In this document: positions 52,555-64,000 of the stretch, one piece after another
Layout of the letters: the number at the start of each line of letters is the position of its first letter
Numbering within the stretch: the first letter of the stretch is position 1
DNA from: Nemertoderma westbladi
Taxonomy: Eukaryota > Animalia > Xenacoelomorpha
Reading direction: 5' to 3'
DNA length: 64,000 nt
Assembly (NCBI GenBank): GCA_032718475.1
Contig: JAUCBJ010007712.1
Location: 41,721 to 105,720, forward strand
Made by a program: the position numbers and the translations under genes
Notes under the pieces: model-generated
Seen by the model: only the letters and a program-made list of their open reading frames with translations
Database searches by the model: none
Told to the model about the DNA's origin: nothing

Positions 52555-52792
52555 GCAAAAAAAAAGCAAACAGTCGGCCGAAGCCGGGGGCGACGCGAAG
52601 GCTCCTCTTTCGATAGCTGCTACCCAAAGGTAGGGGTGGGCGCTACACCTATCCCAAGATTTGCTCCCAGTTTTTTAACTGGTACTTATTTTATCGACCC
52701 CAGTGGATGAAAGGCTGAGTGGACCCTGGCGGGGCTGAACCTACAACCAATATATTGGAGGCCCGGCGCTCAACCAACTGAGCTACCCCGCC
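52555..52792 (-). mobile_element. tRNA-derived SINE
   Basis: Minus strand: GGCGGGGTAGCTCAGTTGGTTGAGCG (A box), degenerate B box GGTTCAGCCC, body TCCACTCAGCCTTTCATCC...GTCGATAAAATAAGTACC, and a T-rich end. Confidence 0.8.
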
Positions 52793-53873
52793 TTTAGTTC
52801 AAGAAATAGCTATTTAAATGAAGGCTTAGGCCTACTGTTTAATCTGGCACTAATTAATAAGATTACAGAGCGAGGGGTATTGGAATCCGAGAGTTGGCGA
52901 GGATTTTAACGCATTTAAAAAACAATTCTTTAAAATTTAAAGGCAATGCATTTGTACGACTGTACGTTTCGGAGTCGCGCAATACCACCATATCTTGCAT
53001 ATTTTCGATATTTTGTAGAGGCCTATTTTCCATCAGACGTCAGACAGTGTTATTTAAATTGTTAATTTAAATTTATAACTACATTTTTGTTGTGCAAAGT
53101 AGGACATTGTCACACGCCGGTCCCGAATGCGAATATTTCACGAACGAGCGAAGCGAAATAAATATTACATCGAGTAACCGAATGAGGTGTTACACAGTAG
53201 TAAAATTGTATAAATAAAAAAAAAATCTGGTGTCACGGCACAATATAGCCTACTTGATGGCATATATTTTTTAGCTGTTTGATACACTACAGTACTGTAG
53301 TTCCAAATTTAATAATTTTTACATTCCTATTTACTTTGTTGAACGTTTGAACGAAAATTAAACGGACGTTTCAGTGTTATACTCTGAATTAGGCTGAACA
53401 TATTTTTTTATATTTTTATTGGTAAAAATATATTGTCTAAAATAAAATCTACCTAGCGATGCGACTTCCCTTATATCTTATGAGACTTTGTAACGGTTAC
53501 CTGTAAGATAGCCAATGGAAAATAGAACCGCGAAGAAAATAATCGTTTTCCAGGGAATTTTTATAATAATTAATAATAATATATATGGCCTTGAGCATAA
53601 TAATATACACCGAGCGACATAATTTATTGTTAAATGGGAAATCGAAATGGTGGTCCACCGTATCGCAGTAAAATCAGAAACAACATTCTCCTATAACGCA
53701 AACAAAACAAAATCTTATTTTATGACGTCATCAATTTCGAATTCCAGGATTTCATTCCATTCCAGGGTATCATTCAAGGATTTATCCCTGAAGAATTTCT
53801 CAAATTTTAATTGAATTTGCAATTTGATCTTGGTTTGGTTGTCTCTGTTTAAGCAATCACCGCGATTAGATAG

Positions 53874-56800
53874 TTAACAATCTATGTTGAGTCTCTCACA
53901 GAGCCACTCACTAATACCGTTCTCATATGTTTTTATCCACAAAATGTGGACAAGAACAGAATCTCGCAGATTAGCCACTAACTTGATAACAACCTTGCCA
54001 AGTACCTGTTCCATGAAGCGATTAAAGTGATCCAAATCATAATCTGATGTAAACCGACTGACCAAATTTTGCATAACACCTTCCATAAGCTCGCCTTCCC
54101 TCCCCAATGTATCACCGACAAGATACTTCGAGAATCGTTTCACTTTTTGAGGATGTCGTTGCATGTAGTTCCAAGTAAGCATATGGCCGAAGTGTTTGGA
54201 GAGGAGAGACTTCAGCACGGTGAGGCGCGTTGTATCATCAACTAAAGACCACTTGTTAAAGACCACACCTATAAGCCTTGAAATTTGCCAAGGTTTCTCA
54301 GTACAGGCCAATCCAACAACCACATTTTCCATGTCACTTTTCAAGTACTTCTTTAAATAATCATCCCAGATTTCGTCGTCCGAAAATTTAAATCCGACGC
54401 AGAATGTCATGTAGGATGTCGGCATTTCAATTGGATTGCTTTCATTGCTCTTCACCCAATCGGTGAAGAGTTGCAAATGATGATTAATACATTTTCTGTT
54501 TCCATGACTGCAGGCAATGGAGACAATCAGCTGTTCGGTGGCAGGATTTATTCTTTTAGAAAGATCATCTTTATTTGCGATTATCTTGTATATGGGTCCG
54601 ATAATGTATCGAGATATATACCTACGAGTGAGACTGTAAACGTCGGTGTTACTGAAGGCTTGATCCAAGAACTCTATAACCATATTGCCAATGTACCATG
54701 GCTCGTAGCTACTCTCCTTGGATAAAAACTGGAGCATCTTCACGCAGACAAGCCCGTTAACAATTCCGGATTTTGAGAGATGGAATGAGCTCAGGAGAAT
54801 ATCTGCCCGACTGATTACGGGCACTGCATTTATGTCATCTTCATAAAGTTGCCTCAGTAGTTTGTTCCAGTTGTCGGTTTTATGGTTGTACGTAGTCATA
54901 AGGTAACTGGTGTGGTCCACATTGCAGAGTACCCAATCGTGTTGTTCCAATTTATAATTGGTTCGGACTTGAAACGTTTTGGATGTAAACATATATATCT
55001 CGGAAGTACCCTCCAAACTTGTCAAACACTTTAAAGCTATTATCCAGGTGTGGTCTTCCTTTGATGGAATGAAAGGCGACTGGCTAAACTCCAACACTGT
55101 GAGATTTTTGCTGCTATCCAGCCAATAATTAACTTCAACCACTGGATAACCAATTTGCTCCAAATAACTATTCATAAATGATTCCACTCCAATTTGTTGG
55201 AAACTCGATGATTCGTTTCCCATTACTTTCCATAATTGCCGGCTTTCTGTAGATTTGAAAGCATTAATTCGCATGTATCTCTGAAGAGCAAATCGAAAAT
55301 TATCTCCCAAAAGTAGTGCAAGCATTCGTACGATAGATGCCCCTTTAGAGTATGAGATGTGATCAAACATATCGAGTATATCAACTGGTTCGGGGACTTG
55401 CACAACAGCGTGGTTGCCATCAAAGTGTGAATCTTGTTGAGTTAGAATAGGGACCATATGCGAAGTGTAAACTAAATCTACCTTGTGATCTCCTGCGTTT
55501 AGGATATTTTGAACACCTACAACCTCGAAGTAGGCCGCGAAACCCTCGTTCAACCACAATTCCGACCACCAAGAAGGTGTGACTAAGTTCCCGAACCACT
55601 GATGCGAAACCTCGTGGCTAACAAATAACCCTACTATTTCTTTTTGATCTTGAGAAGCCGTTTTCTCGTCAACAAGAAACCCAGCGCATTCGTAAGTTAT
55701 TATTCCCCAGTTTTCCATTGCGCCAGCAAAATGTCTGGGCACCGTGAGAGCATCAAGCTTAGGCAGGGGATATTTCATATTAAAGTATTCTTCAAAAAAT
55801 ACGACTGATTTTACGGTCATATCTAGTCCATGGTCAAGTAATCCTCTGTCCACATCTTTTCTGGGACCCCATGCCTTTACTACAACACCACTCTCCTCTA
55901 TCACACGCTGAACCGAAGAGTACCCAAGTTTGTCAACAAGTGCCAAAGTTATTAAATAGGTTGACATCGGTTTGGTATTTTGGAAGGTAGTCTTTACCCA
56001 GCCTGGTGTTACAACATCGGTTCTATTAGCCGGCATGTTACTAAGAGCGGTGTAAAGATCCTCATGCGTTACTGACACTATAAACACGGCTTTAAAGGAC
56101 GGCTCATCCCAGCACGGTAGAGCAGTCCTCGCGTATTCCGGCTGCATTTGCGTGGAAATATGTTTAGTAAATTCGCCGGATGCGTTTAAAGACCGATCGT
56201 AGTGCCACCAGTGTATCCCCGTTAACTTATCATCCGGACGATTGGCGGGGCTGATCATCTCTCCGTTGAACTTTATATGCAGCGTGTAATCTTCTCCGGA
56301 TGATAAATTAGAGTTCATCACTATAATGTAGTATGGCTGATCAATGACATTTCGCTGACAATGGATTTTAGGAGATCGCCCACCATGCTTAAGTGGTTCG
56401 AGGGATGTATCACCTTTATTTATAAATAAATCTTTAACATGAAGAAGTATTACCGGGGTGGCTTCTACACATTTAACAGCGATATCCACGTGACCTGAGA
56501 ACCGGCTGATATTTGGATTTACGATCCATTCCACGTGGTAATGGTATGGTCTAATATTCAATGGCAATCGTCTAGGAAATCGCTCTTTTCGCGAACTTTT
56601 AGGAAGAAATTTCATGTAAAAGCCCTCCGAACAAAGATCGGGGGGTTCTTCTACTTCTGGAGTAGTGTTTACGCCACTATTAGTGGAATGTACATTCGGT
56701 TCTTGATCAATGTTAGTGTGCTTTACATTTTTTTCCGGCTTTTGAGTAATTGTGCAACTTTCTTTAATTACTCGACGAATTACTATACCAGCAATTAAAG

Positions 56801-57233
56801 CAGCAGTAAGGATGAGTATAATGGCCGCCAATCCGCCTAGTATAAGACGCAATTTTGATAAGCGAATGACATCGCTGTTGTAAGGGCGATCTTGGGGGTC
56901 GTTCAATCGCTTGTCTTTAAATTGAATCACAATCCCATTGTTGATCGATGACTCAGACGGTGCAACTTCTGACATTGGCGATGCGTCGCCCAGTTTGTGA
57001 ATATCGCCCTCTTGCGATGGTATACCAAGGAAACGGGGTTGAGAGAGGCCGAGTCTGTGGATAGGAAGTGCTGGGGACCTGTTTCCCAAACCTTGAACAC
57101 CGGGTGCCGAGGCGATCGGGGGTACAGATTGTTTGGCATGGTAACGGGAATCCGGCAACGGGGAGGGTGGATCGTAGGCGGCTTTGATTGGAGTCGGAGT
57201 CGGAGTACACCGGACTACAGCATCAGCTGACAT
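53874..57233 (-). CDS. Type II membrane M1 zinc aminopeptidase (aminopeptidase N/A/TRH-DE/IRAP family), intronless, about 1119 aa
   Basis: TM helix LILGGLAAIILILTAALIAGIVI; ARTALPCWDEP; GAMENWG; HEVSHQWFGNLVT...WLNEGFA; SYSKGAS. The first ATG is at 57233; the frame is open up to an acceptor-like TTTCTTAG| at 57324. Confidence 0.96.
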   Translation of the reverse strand: MSADAVVRCTPTPTPIKAAYDPPSPLPDSRYHAKQSVPPIASAPGVQGLGNRSPALPIHRLGLSQPRFLGIPSQEGDIHKLGDASPMSEVAPSESSINNGIVIQFKDKRLNDPQDRPYNSDVIRLSKLRLILGGLAAIILILTAALIAGIVIRRVIKESCTITQKPEKNVKHTNIDQEPNVHSTNSGVNTTPEVEEPPDLCSEGFYMKFLPKSSRKERFPRRLPLNIRPYHYHVEWIVNPNISRFSGHVDIAVKCVEATPVILLHVKDLFINKGDTSLEPLKHGGRSPKIHCQRNVIDQPYYIIVMNSNLSSGEDYTLHIKFNGEMISPANRPDDKLTGIHWWHYDRSLNASGEFTKHISTQMQPEYARTALPCWDEPSFKAVFIVSVTHEDLYTALSNMPANRTDVVTPGWVKTTFQNTKPMSTYLITLALVDKLGYSSVQRVIEESGVVVKAWGPRKDVDRGLLDHGLDMTVKSVVFFEEYFNMKYPLPKLDALTVPRHFAGAMENWGIITYECAGFLVDEKTASQDQKEIVGLFVSHEVSHQWFGNLVTPSWWSELWLNEGFAAYFEVVGVQNILNAGDHKVDLVYTSHMVPILTQQDSHFDGNHAVVQVPEPVDILDMFDHISYSKGASIVRMLALLLGDNFRFALQRYMRINAFKSTESRQLWKVMGNESSSFQQIGVESFMNSYLEQIGYPVVEVNYWLDSSKNLTVLEFSQSPFIPSKEDHTWIIALKCLTSLEGTSEIYMFTSKTFQVRTNYKLEQHDWVLCNVDHTSYLMTTYNHKTDNWNKLLRQLYEDDINAVPVISRADILLSSFHLSKSGIVNGLVCVKMLQFLSKESSYEPWYIGNMVIEFLDQAFSNTDVYSLTRRYISRYIIGPIYKIIANKDDLSKRINPATEQLIVSIACSHGNRKCINHHLQLFTDWVKSNESNPIEMPTSYMTFCVGFKFSDDEIWDDYLKKYLKSDMENVVVGLACTEKPWQISRLIGVVFNKWSLVDDTTRLTVLKSLLSKHFGHMLTWNYMQRHPQKVKRFSKYLVGDTLGREGELMEGVMQNLVSRFTSDYDLDHFNRFMEQVLGKVVIKLVANLRDSVLVHILWIKTYENGISEWLCERLNIDC

Positions 57234-58388
57234 AGTCTCTGTTCTTAAGTGGTCTCCATAGCCACAGTTTGTGGTCTTGAGACTCAACACCGTTACTTTG
57301 GTATAAAGGTCGTTACATTTCAACTAAGAAACATGTAGCGCATATATTATATCTAACTGGGTCTTTATAATAGTAAAAAATATGAACTCAAGTACAAAGA
57401 TTTTCGTCAACAATTATCAAAAGTAAAAAAAAATTTTTATAAAAACTAGTTCAAATATTCAAATATGTTATATCCAATTAAAACAATGTTTTAAGTTAAA
57501 ATATTTAATAATAACAATAACTAACTACAGTAATAATTATTAACATTACGCCGTGCTGTTCAATTCGATATTGGGGGTGCTAGTGCAATTGACCTTATAA
57601 CAATGACAAATTTATTATCGGTTAAATAATAAAATTAATTTAGGAATCTTATATTATTCTTTCTTTACTGTACAGTAGCTATAAAATAAACTAAAAATCC
57701 ACATCGGTGTCTGTGATTATAATCGTTACGAAAAACGTATGGATATATATTAGGAAGAATTGACCAGTTGCGTCAGCTAACCTTGTCACAGATTCACGCT
57801 TTAGTACCATCGAATTTAAGTTATTATTCAAATTAACTGAGAATTAATCCCCTTGTATTCACTGCAATGGTGGTTTTATAATTGGGTTTGCGGTTTCACA
57901 AGTTAATTTATTCATTAATGAATATAAAGGAGGATCCCAATGATCAGCCAGGGATCCTCCCATCAGCACAGCCGGCCGCGGAATTTGCTTTACAAAGGCA
58001 ATTGAGACAATTTTGGTTTACCCTATTACGAATACGACCATCGCTTTGACAGATTAGGGGGGGGGGGGGGGGGGGGGGTAGGGGAATCAAAATTCATCCA
58101 TCTACTGTAACATCTCCATGGGAAAATCGACGCAAATAACAGCTGATTACAGTCCGTCTGATCTGTTGATTTTCGTTTATTGTTTTGGATATAATAATGT
58201 GCCAATGTAACCTGCTCTTTTCCCTTTGATACTTTAACAATGAAAGGGATCTTTTAGGCTCATTAAGCAAGGAATGCGGCTTGTTCGGTTCACCATAATG
58301 GATGATCTTCCACAGTAAACCCTTCCAAAGGGTTTCCCAAGTTACCTTTAATTCCCATTTATCGACCATTCAAGGATTAAAGGTAAAG

Positions 58389-59540
58389 CACTATGGCCAA
58401 ACAGTGCTGCTCCATTCCGACACTGTGGCCAAACAGTGCTGGCCCATCCCGACACTGAGGCCAAACTGTTCTGCTCCATTCCGACACTGTGGCCAAACAG
58501 TGCTGCTCCACTCCGACACTGTGGCCAAACAGTGCTGCCCCATTCCGACATTGTGGCCAAAGTGTGCTGCCCCATGCCGACATTGGCGTGGCTAAACAGT
58601 GCTGCCCCATTCCGACACTGTGGCCAAACAGCGCTGCTCCATTCCGACACTGTGGCCAAAGAGTGCTGCCCCATTCCGACACTGCGGCCAAACAGTGCTG
58701 CTCCATTCCGACACTGTGGCCAAACAGTGCTGCCCTATTCCGACACTGCGGCCAAACAGTGCTGCCCCATTCCGACACTGCGGCCAAACAGTGCTGCTCC
58801 ATTCCGACACTGTGGCCAAAGAGTGCTGCCCCATTCCGACACTGCGACCAAACAGTGCTGCTCCATTCCGACACTGTGGCCAAACAGTGCTGCTCCATTC
58901 CGACACTGTGGCCAAGCAGTGCTGCCCCATTCCGACACTGTGGCCAAACAGTGCTGCCCCATTCCGACATTGTGGCCAAAGTGTGCTGCCCCATGCCGAC
59001 ATTGGCGTGGCTAAACAGTGCTGCCCCACTCCGACACTGTGGCCAAAAAGTGCTACCCCATGCCGACATTGTGGCCAAAGAGTGCTGCCCCATTCCGACA
59101 CTATGGGGCCAAACAGTGCTGCCCCATTCCGACACTGTGGCCAAACAGTGTTGGCCCATTCCGACACTGTGGCCAAACAGTGCTACCCCATGCCGACATT
59201 GTGGCCAAAGAGTGCTGCCCCATTCCGACACTGCGGCCAAACAGTGCTGCCTCATTCCGACACTGTGGCCAAACAGTGCTGCCTCATTCCGACACTGTGG
59301 CCAAACAGTGCTGCCCCATTCCGACACTACGGCGAAACAGTGCTGCCCCATTCCGACACTGTGGCAAAACAGTGCTGCCCCATTCTGACACTGCGGCCAA
59401 ACAGTGCTGCCCCATTTCGACTCTGTGGTCAAACAGTGCTGCCCCAATCAGACAATGTGGCCAAAGTGTGCTGCCCCATGCCGACATTGGCATGGCTAAA
59501 CAGTGCTGCTCCATTCCGACACTGCGCGGCTAAACAGTAC
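58389..59540. repeat. 32-bp tandem repeat CACTGTGGCCAAACAGTGCTGC(C/T)CCATTCCGA, about 36 copies
   Basis: Directly visible. Each unit has a CACTGT/ACAGTG inverted pair, and a variant cassette (AAGTGTGCTGCCCCATGCCGACATTGGC) recurs at about 58560, 58980 and 59463. Confidence 0.97.
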
Positions 59541-60708
59541 GCTTACCCATGCCGATTGCTTGTTCATTAACATATGAGACAAAGTATTAATTTGCTGAAA
59601 TGGGATTTGCGTCCAATAAATACATTTGCATACATTAGCTAACCATGGCAACGTGCAACAGTTCTTGAATTTGGTTAGCAGTGCAGTGTACTTCTAAAAT
59701 AATCGACAATAACTATATATAACAATAACAATAACAATAACAATAACAAGAGCTATAAAGCTCTCCTCCATCTGTAAAAAGTGTATAGGGCCTACTGAAT
59801 AATAAAGTATATTTGAATAAACCTCGCTTTCGATGTAATAGGCTATCATAATTAAAGGACAATTATACAGTTACGCTGCAGTTGGTGGTGTTTTATAACG
59901 TTGCCAACTAGTTCTTGTAAGACAAGTTGACCAAAAGGCTCTACTGTTCATTATGTAGGGCTACTGTATTACGGTATTAAACTTCATGAGAAAACATAAG
60001 GAATAATGGGTTGACTGGTCACAACCAGAGGCCCCAACTGTCCCTAAGACAAAAGACAATGTGAAATCTTAAATATCTGATAAACAATGTTAAAAATATA
60101 TGTAAAAATTCAACAACATTGTAAGAATATCAGGCGTTTAAAAGCAATGTTAAAAATCTATGTCAAAATTCAACTACATGTAGGCCTACAGTTGTAGTGG
60201 TTGTTGCATTGAATTGACATCACTCGTAGCTCATGGGTTCAATCCGGCATTTTTCGTTTCGGCACGAATGCGCATTTCTGCCTTGCATCTTTAAGTGGTA
60301 AGCTAAATGAATGCTGGAGTTTCTTCTGGGAGTTTAGTTCTGGGGGACCACACTGGAAATAAGTCGTCAGACTTTGTGCGTAATCCCTGTCCTACGATCG
60401 AAGAAAATTTAATGTACTTTACTTTTTTTACTTTTTTCAACATTAAGGTAACCTGAAAGCTAGCCATTTAAGCGAATCCGAATATGTAGCTGAGATATGA
60501 GCGTTCAAATGTTACAAAGTTTTGCACCTATACGAGGATATTTTATTCTATTAAATAAAAACACCATATTCTAGAACATTTTGTTTATTTATGAATAGCT
60601 ACTGTAATAAGTAATAGTATGATTAAAGAGGTATTGCATTGTTGCCCAGCTACGTATGGCCTAAATAAAATGTTCCAGAATATGGTATATTTATTATATA
60701 GAATAAAT

Positions 60709-63537
60709 CCCCCCGGTCCTCAGCAACCCAGCAAATCGTCCCCGCCCCCCGGTTCCCAGCAACGCAATGTGGCCCCCATATTAACATCGGATTTCCAACC
60801 TTCTTCCAACCTTCAACCCGACACTCGTAACCAATCGCAGCCCCCCCAGTAGGTACGAACTTGTGCCTCAACATTTCTATTTGGAATGTTGAAGGCCTAC
60901 AGTTTCTTCGCGACAATTTGGATGATAATGAACTATGTGGCGACGCTGACGTATTACTCTCCACTGAAACCTTCTACGTAAAGCCTACTATTAACTTTCT
61001 GAATTATTACCCTTTTGTCCAACCGGCAGTAAAGGGCGACCGGGGTCGTCCATCGCAGGGTTTACTTGCACTATGTAAACCGAGTTTGAGTCCATCGTTT
61101 GTTGTATCAGACCGAAATTATTTAGTGTTTAAATCTCATGTCGGCTTCTTTGCAGTGTTTTACTTCACTCCTGATACGCCCCTAGAAGTAGAAGATATAA
61201 CTTTTCAAATAAACCAAGCTACTGTATTTCGTTTACAGATAATAGTTTACCTATTGTAATTTTCTGGGGAGTTCAATTGTAGACTGGATAGCGGTAATCG
61301 TGGCAGGGACCTTGTAAGATCACTTAAATAATCTATCCTTTCTTTGTTTAAACGATCCTGTTTCAACCTATATTTCTCCTCAAGGTGAAAGCGTAATAGA
61401 TCTGATGTTCATCCTGTCATCCGTTATACCCACATGCATTTCCGAACTGTTTGCCAAAATTGAAAGTCCACTTAAACCCTTTACGTAACATGTGTCTCCG
61501 TGTCTGTAACAATCGCTGTTGATTCAAACTCTATAACTGAACACTGCAGGCCGAACCGTTATAGTAGAAAACTAGATCCAGAAAGAATGTCTAGGCATAT
61601 GAAAATTTATAACTTTTAAATCGGATATCCCGCTTGGAAATTACCCTTTGGTCCATCTTCAAACACGGATTCAAGCCGTCAGTAGCTCCTATAGATGCTG
61701 CTGTGCTTGAGGATCACTTTACGTCGCTCCTTGGAACCCCCAACGACCCTGCCGATGCTCCGCCCCCACCTCAAATAACGGAGTCGGAGCTGAACTCCGA
61801 TGAATGGTTCAATCACAAATGATGAAATATACGAGACTATCTCCAACCTTCCGAACAATAAAGCTTGTGGACAGGATGGTATTTTCTACGACCATATAAA
61901 ACAAGCAGCCCCGTTTATTTTATCGATAATAACTCTTCTTTATAACGTTAGCCTTGAATCTGGTAATCTTCCATCTATCTGGAAGCAAAGTGTAATTAAT
62001 ATACTCTACAAGGGTAAAGGTACAATTACAAATCCGGACAATTACCGCGGGATTGCTCTCCTTTGCGTTCTACTTAAAATCCTGACGTCAACGATAAACA
62101 AAAGAATTCGCTGTGCTTTGTCTGGTTTCATTCCGATAGAACAGTTTGGTTTTACTGCGGGAAGATCCACTAAACAAGCAATATCTCAGCTTCTTCGCGA
62201 TATTTCGGCGGCTTTTTCTTCAACGACGAGAGAAAATAGAACAACATACGCATTATTTGTAGATTTTAGAAAGGCCTTCGACCTCCTTAGCAGAAAGGTT
62301 TTACTTAATAAGTTGTATAATTCTGGTGTTCGTGGGAAAACATACAATCTTATCAAGGACTTATTGTGCAATTATTTCCGTGTCAACGACGGCTTACGAT
62401 TCTCGAATTTTATTAGACAGCTCGCATGCGTTTTACAGGGAGACTGTCTCAGTCCCACCTGCTTCATTATATTTATCGCAGATCTCGCAGTTGCTCTTAG
62501 GGATGTGGCTTCTCTGCTAAAGTTCATATTCTATGCCAATGATTTGGTTATTTATTCTAGAAACAAAAAGGATATCCAATCAGCTCTCGATGTCATATTT
62601 GCTTGGTGCAACTCAAATGGAATGGAAGTGAATCTACTGAAAACTAAGATCGTGAAATTCCGTAAAGGTGGACGCTTTAGTATGGACGACACTTTTATAT
62701 ATGGAAATAATAATGTTAAATTGGTGAACAACTATGAATATCTTGGAATAACACTTCAGCCTTCCTTATCTTTCTCAACACACATAAAGCTAAAGAAAAT
62801 GAAAGCGTTCGGAGTTATTGGCTCACTTCAACACCTGCGATTATTATCTACACAAACTGCGATTGAAATATTTAATATGAAAATATACCCTCTAGTAACA
62901 TATTCCTTTACAGAAATCGGCCCATTTTTCACATTCAACCATCTGAAAGAAATTGATAAAATTAAATCCGCTTTCGTCAAATCAATGCTCGCACTTAATA
63001 AATCTGCTTCATCCACAATGGCTCTCAAACTTATCGCACAGAAAACTTTCATCGAATCAATTCTAGAACATAATCCCAACACATTCAATCGCGATATTAT
63101 ATCAACATACAGGATACACCGGGCTGACCGAGAATCAAATTTCATCAATGAAGGATATTCAAACGGACCAGCTTTTAAATCAGATATATGGAAACGCCCC
63201 CATCAGACTAACAGACACGTAATTACTCGAGCTACTTCCCACGGATTCCATTTTAAAATATGTCTGAACCCAACACCATTTCATCCTCTTTCAAGCGAAT
63301 GTCTATGTCGATTCTGTGACCTACGCTGCTCTGACCGATATCACTGCCTTGTCTGTCCCCAATGCCCTCGGTTGTCTATTCTTGCGTCTAACTCTAAATA
63401 ATTATTTACATAATATTAGTACTGTACCTACCTATTTTACGGTTTCGAATGTTGTGCTATAATAATTATAACTTAAATATATTGAAATAATTAAACTGAC
63501 TCTTACCCCGCCTGGGGTATAATGATTAAAAAAAAAA
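60709..63537 (+). mobile_element. 5'-truncated, inactivated LINE (APE-RT-C-terminal Cys motif; RTE-X or CR1/L2-like, clade uncertain)
   Basis: EN ISIWNVEGL/LLSTETF; RT NYRGIALL, QFGFTAGRST, VDFRKAFD, QGDCLSP and YANDL (catalytic Asp lost); CRFCDLRCSDRYHCLVC. It ends in poly(A) and has TSD ATTATATAGAATAAAT (60693-60708 and 63538-63553). Confidence 0.93.
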
Positions 63538-64000
63538 ATTATATAGAATAAATGGCCTGCAAGGGAAGCGAATACATGCAACATTATAATGCCCATATCT
63601 TAGCTACAGGTATTTCCCAAACAAATTCAAATAGTTTTACTTATTTGGAATCAATGTACTCGGCCAGCTTTCCAACGACCATCAGTACCAACAAATCTCA
63701 AGGTTAAGTTTAACTGCGGTGTAACTGGTGCAATATCGACGGAGACGGGAGACACCCTTTTCAAACGCTTGTACCTGTAGCTAAAGAATGAATTCATAGA
63801 AAGAATGAATGAATTCTGGCCCACCCAGTATGTAGGTGGAAGGAGGTGAAACTCTATCTCGGTATCTCTGTTTCAAATTTTATTAAGATTTGTAGAAAAC
63901 AATTTTTGGGGGGATAAGTCACTGAATATTACGACAATATAATTTTCAGGACATGGACACCTTGCCGCCTGAGTGTAAACGGGTGGTATACGGGTGGATA

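Noticed and set aside
58302-59570. Cys/His-rich ORFs in several frames, or a CRISPR-like array
   Set aside because: Translation of a 32-bp tandem repeat; there are no unique spacers and no cas genes, and the context is eukaryotic.

Overview
Repeat-rich eukaryotic (metazoan-type) genomic DNA. 1-15957 is one satellite array of 30/26-bp monomers with higher-order structure; its many ORFs are artefacts of the repeat. 16-31 kb holds decayed RTE-type LINEs, MITEs and a tRNA-derived SINE, plus phase-compatible exons of an unrecognised minus-strand spliced gene. 31617-34553 (+) encodes a dual-GAF phosphodiesterase (PDE5/6/11 type, 934 aa) with one coding intron. 40142-52315 is a very young BEL/Pao LTR retrotransposon with near-identical 1.23-kb LTRs and a GATTA TSD. 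It has an intact Gag-protease ORF but lacks RT and the integrase core. It also has no tRNA-type PBS: the PBS position is complementary to its own LTR, a geometry like Tf1 self-priming. This is the most interesting signal in the window. 53874-57233 (-) is an intronless membrane M1 aminopeptidase, followed by a 32-bp hairpin satellite and a TSD-flanked LINE (60709-63537). All calls were made by eye, with no database searches.
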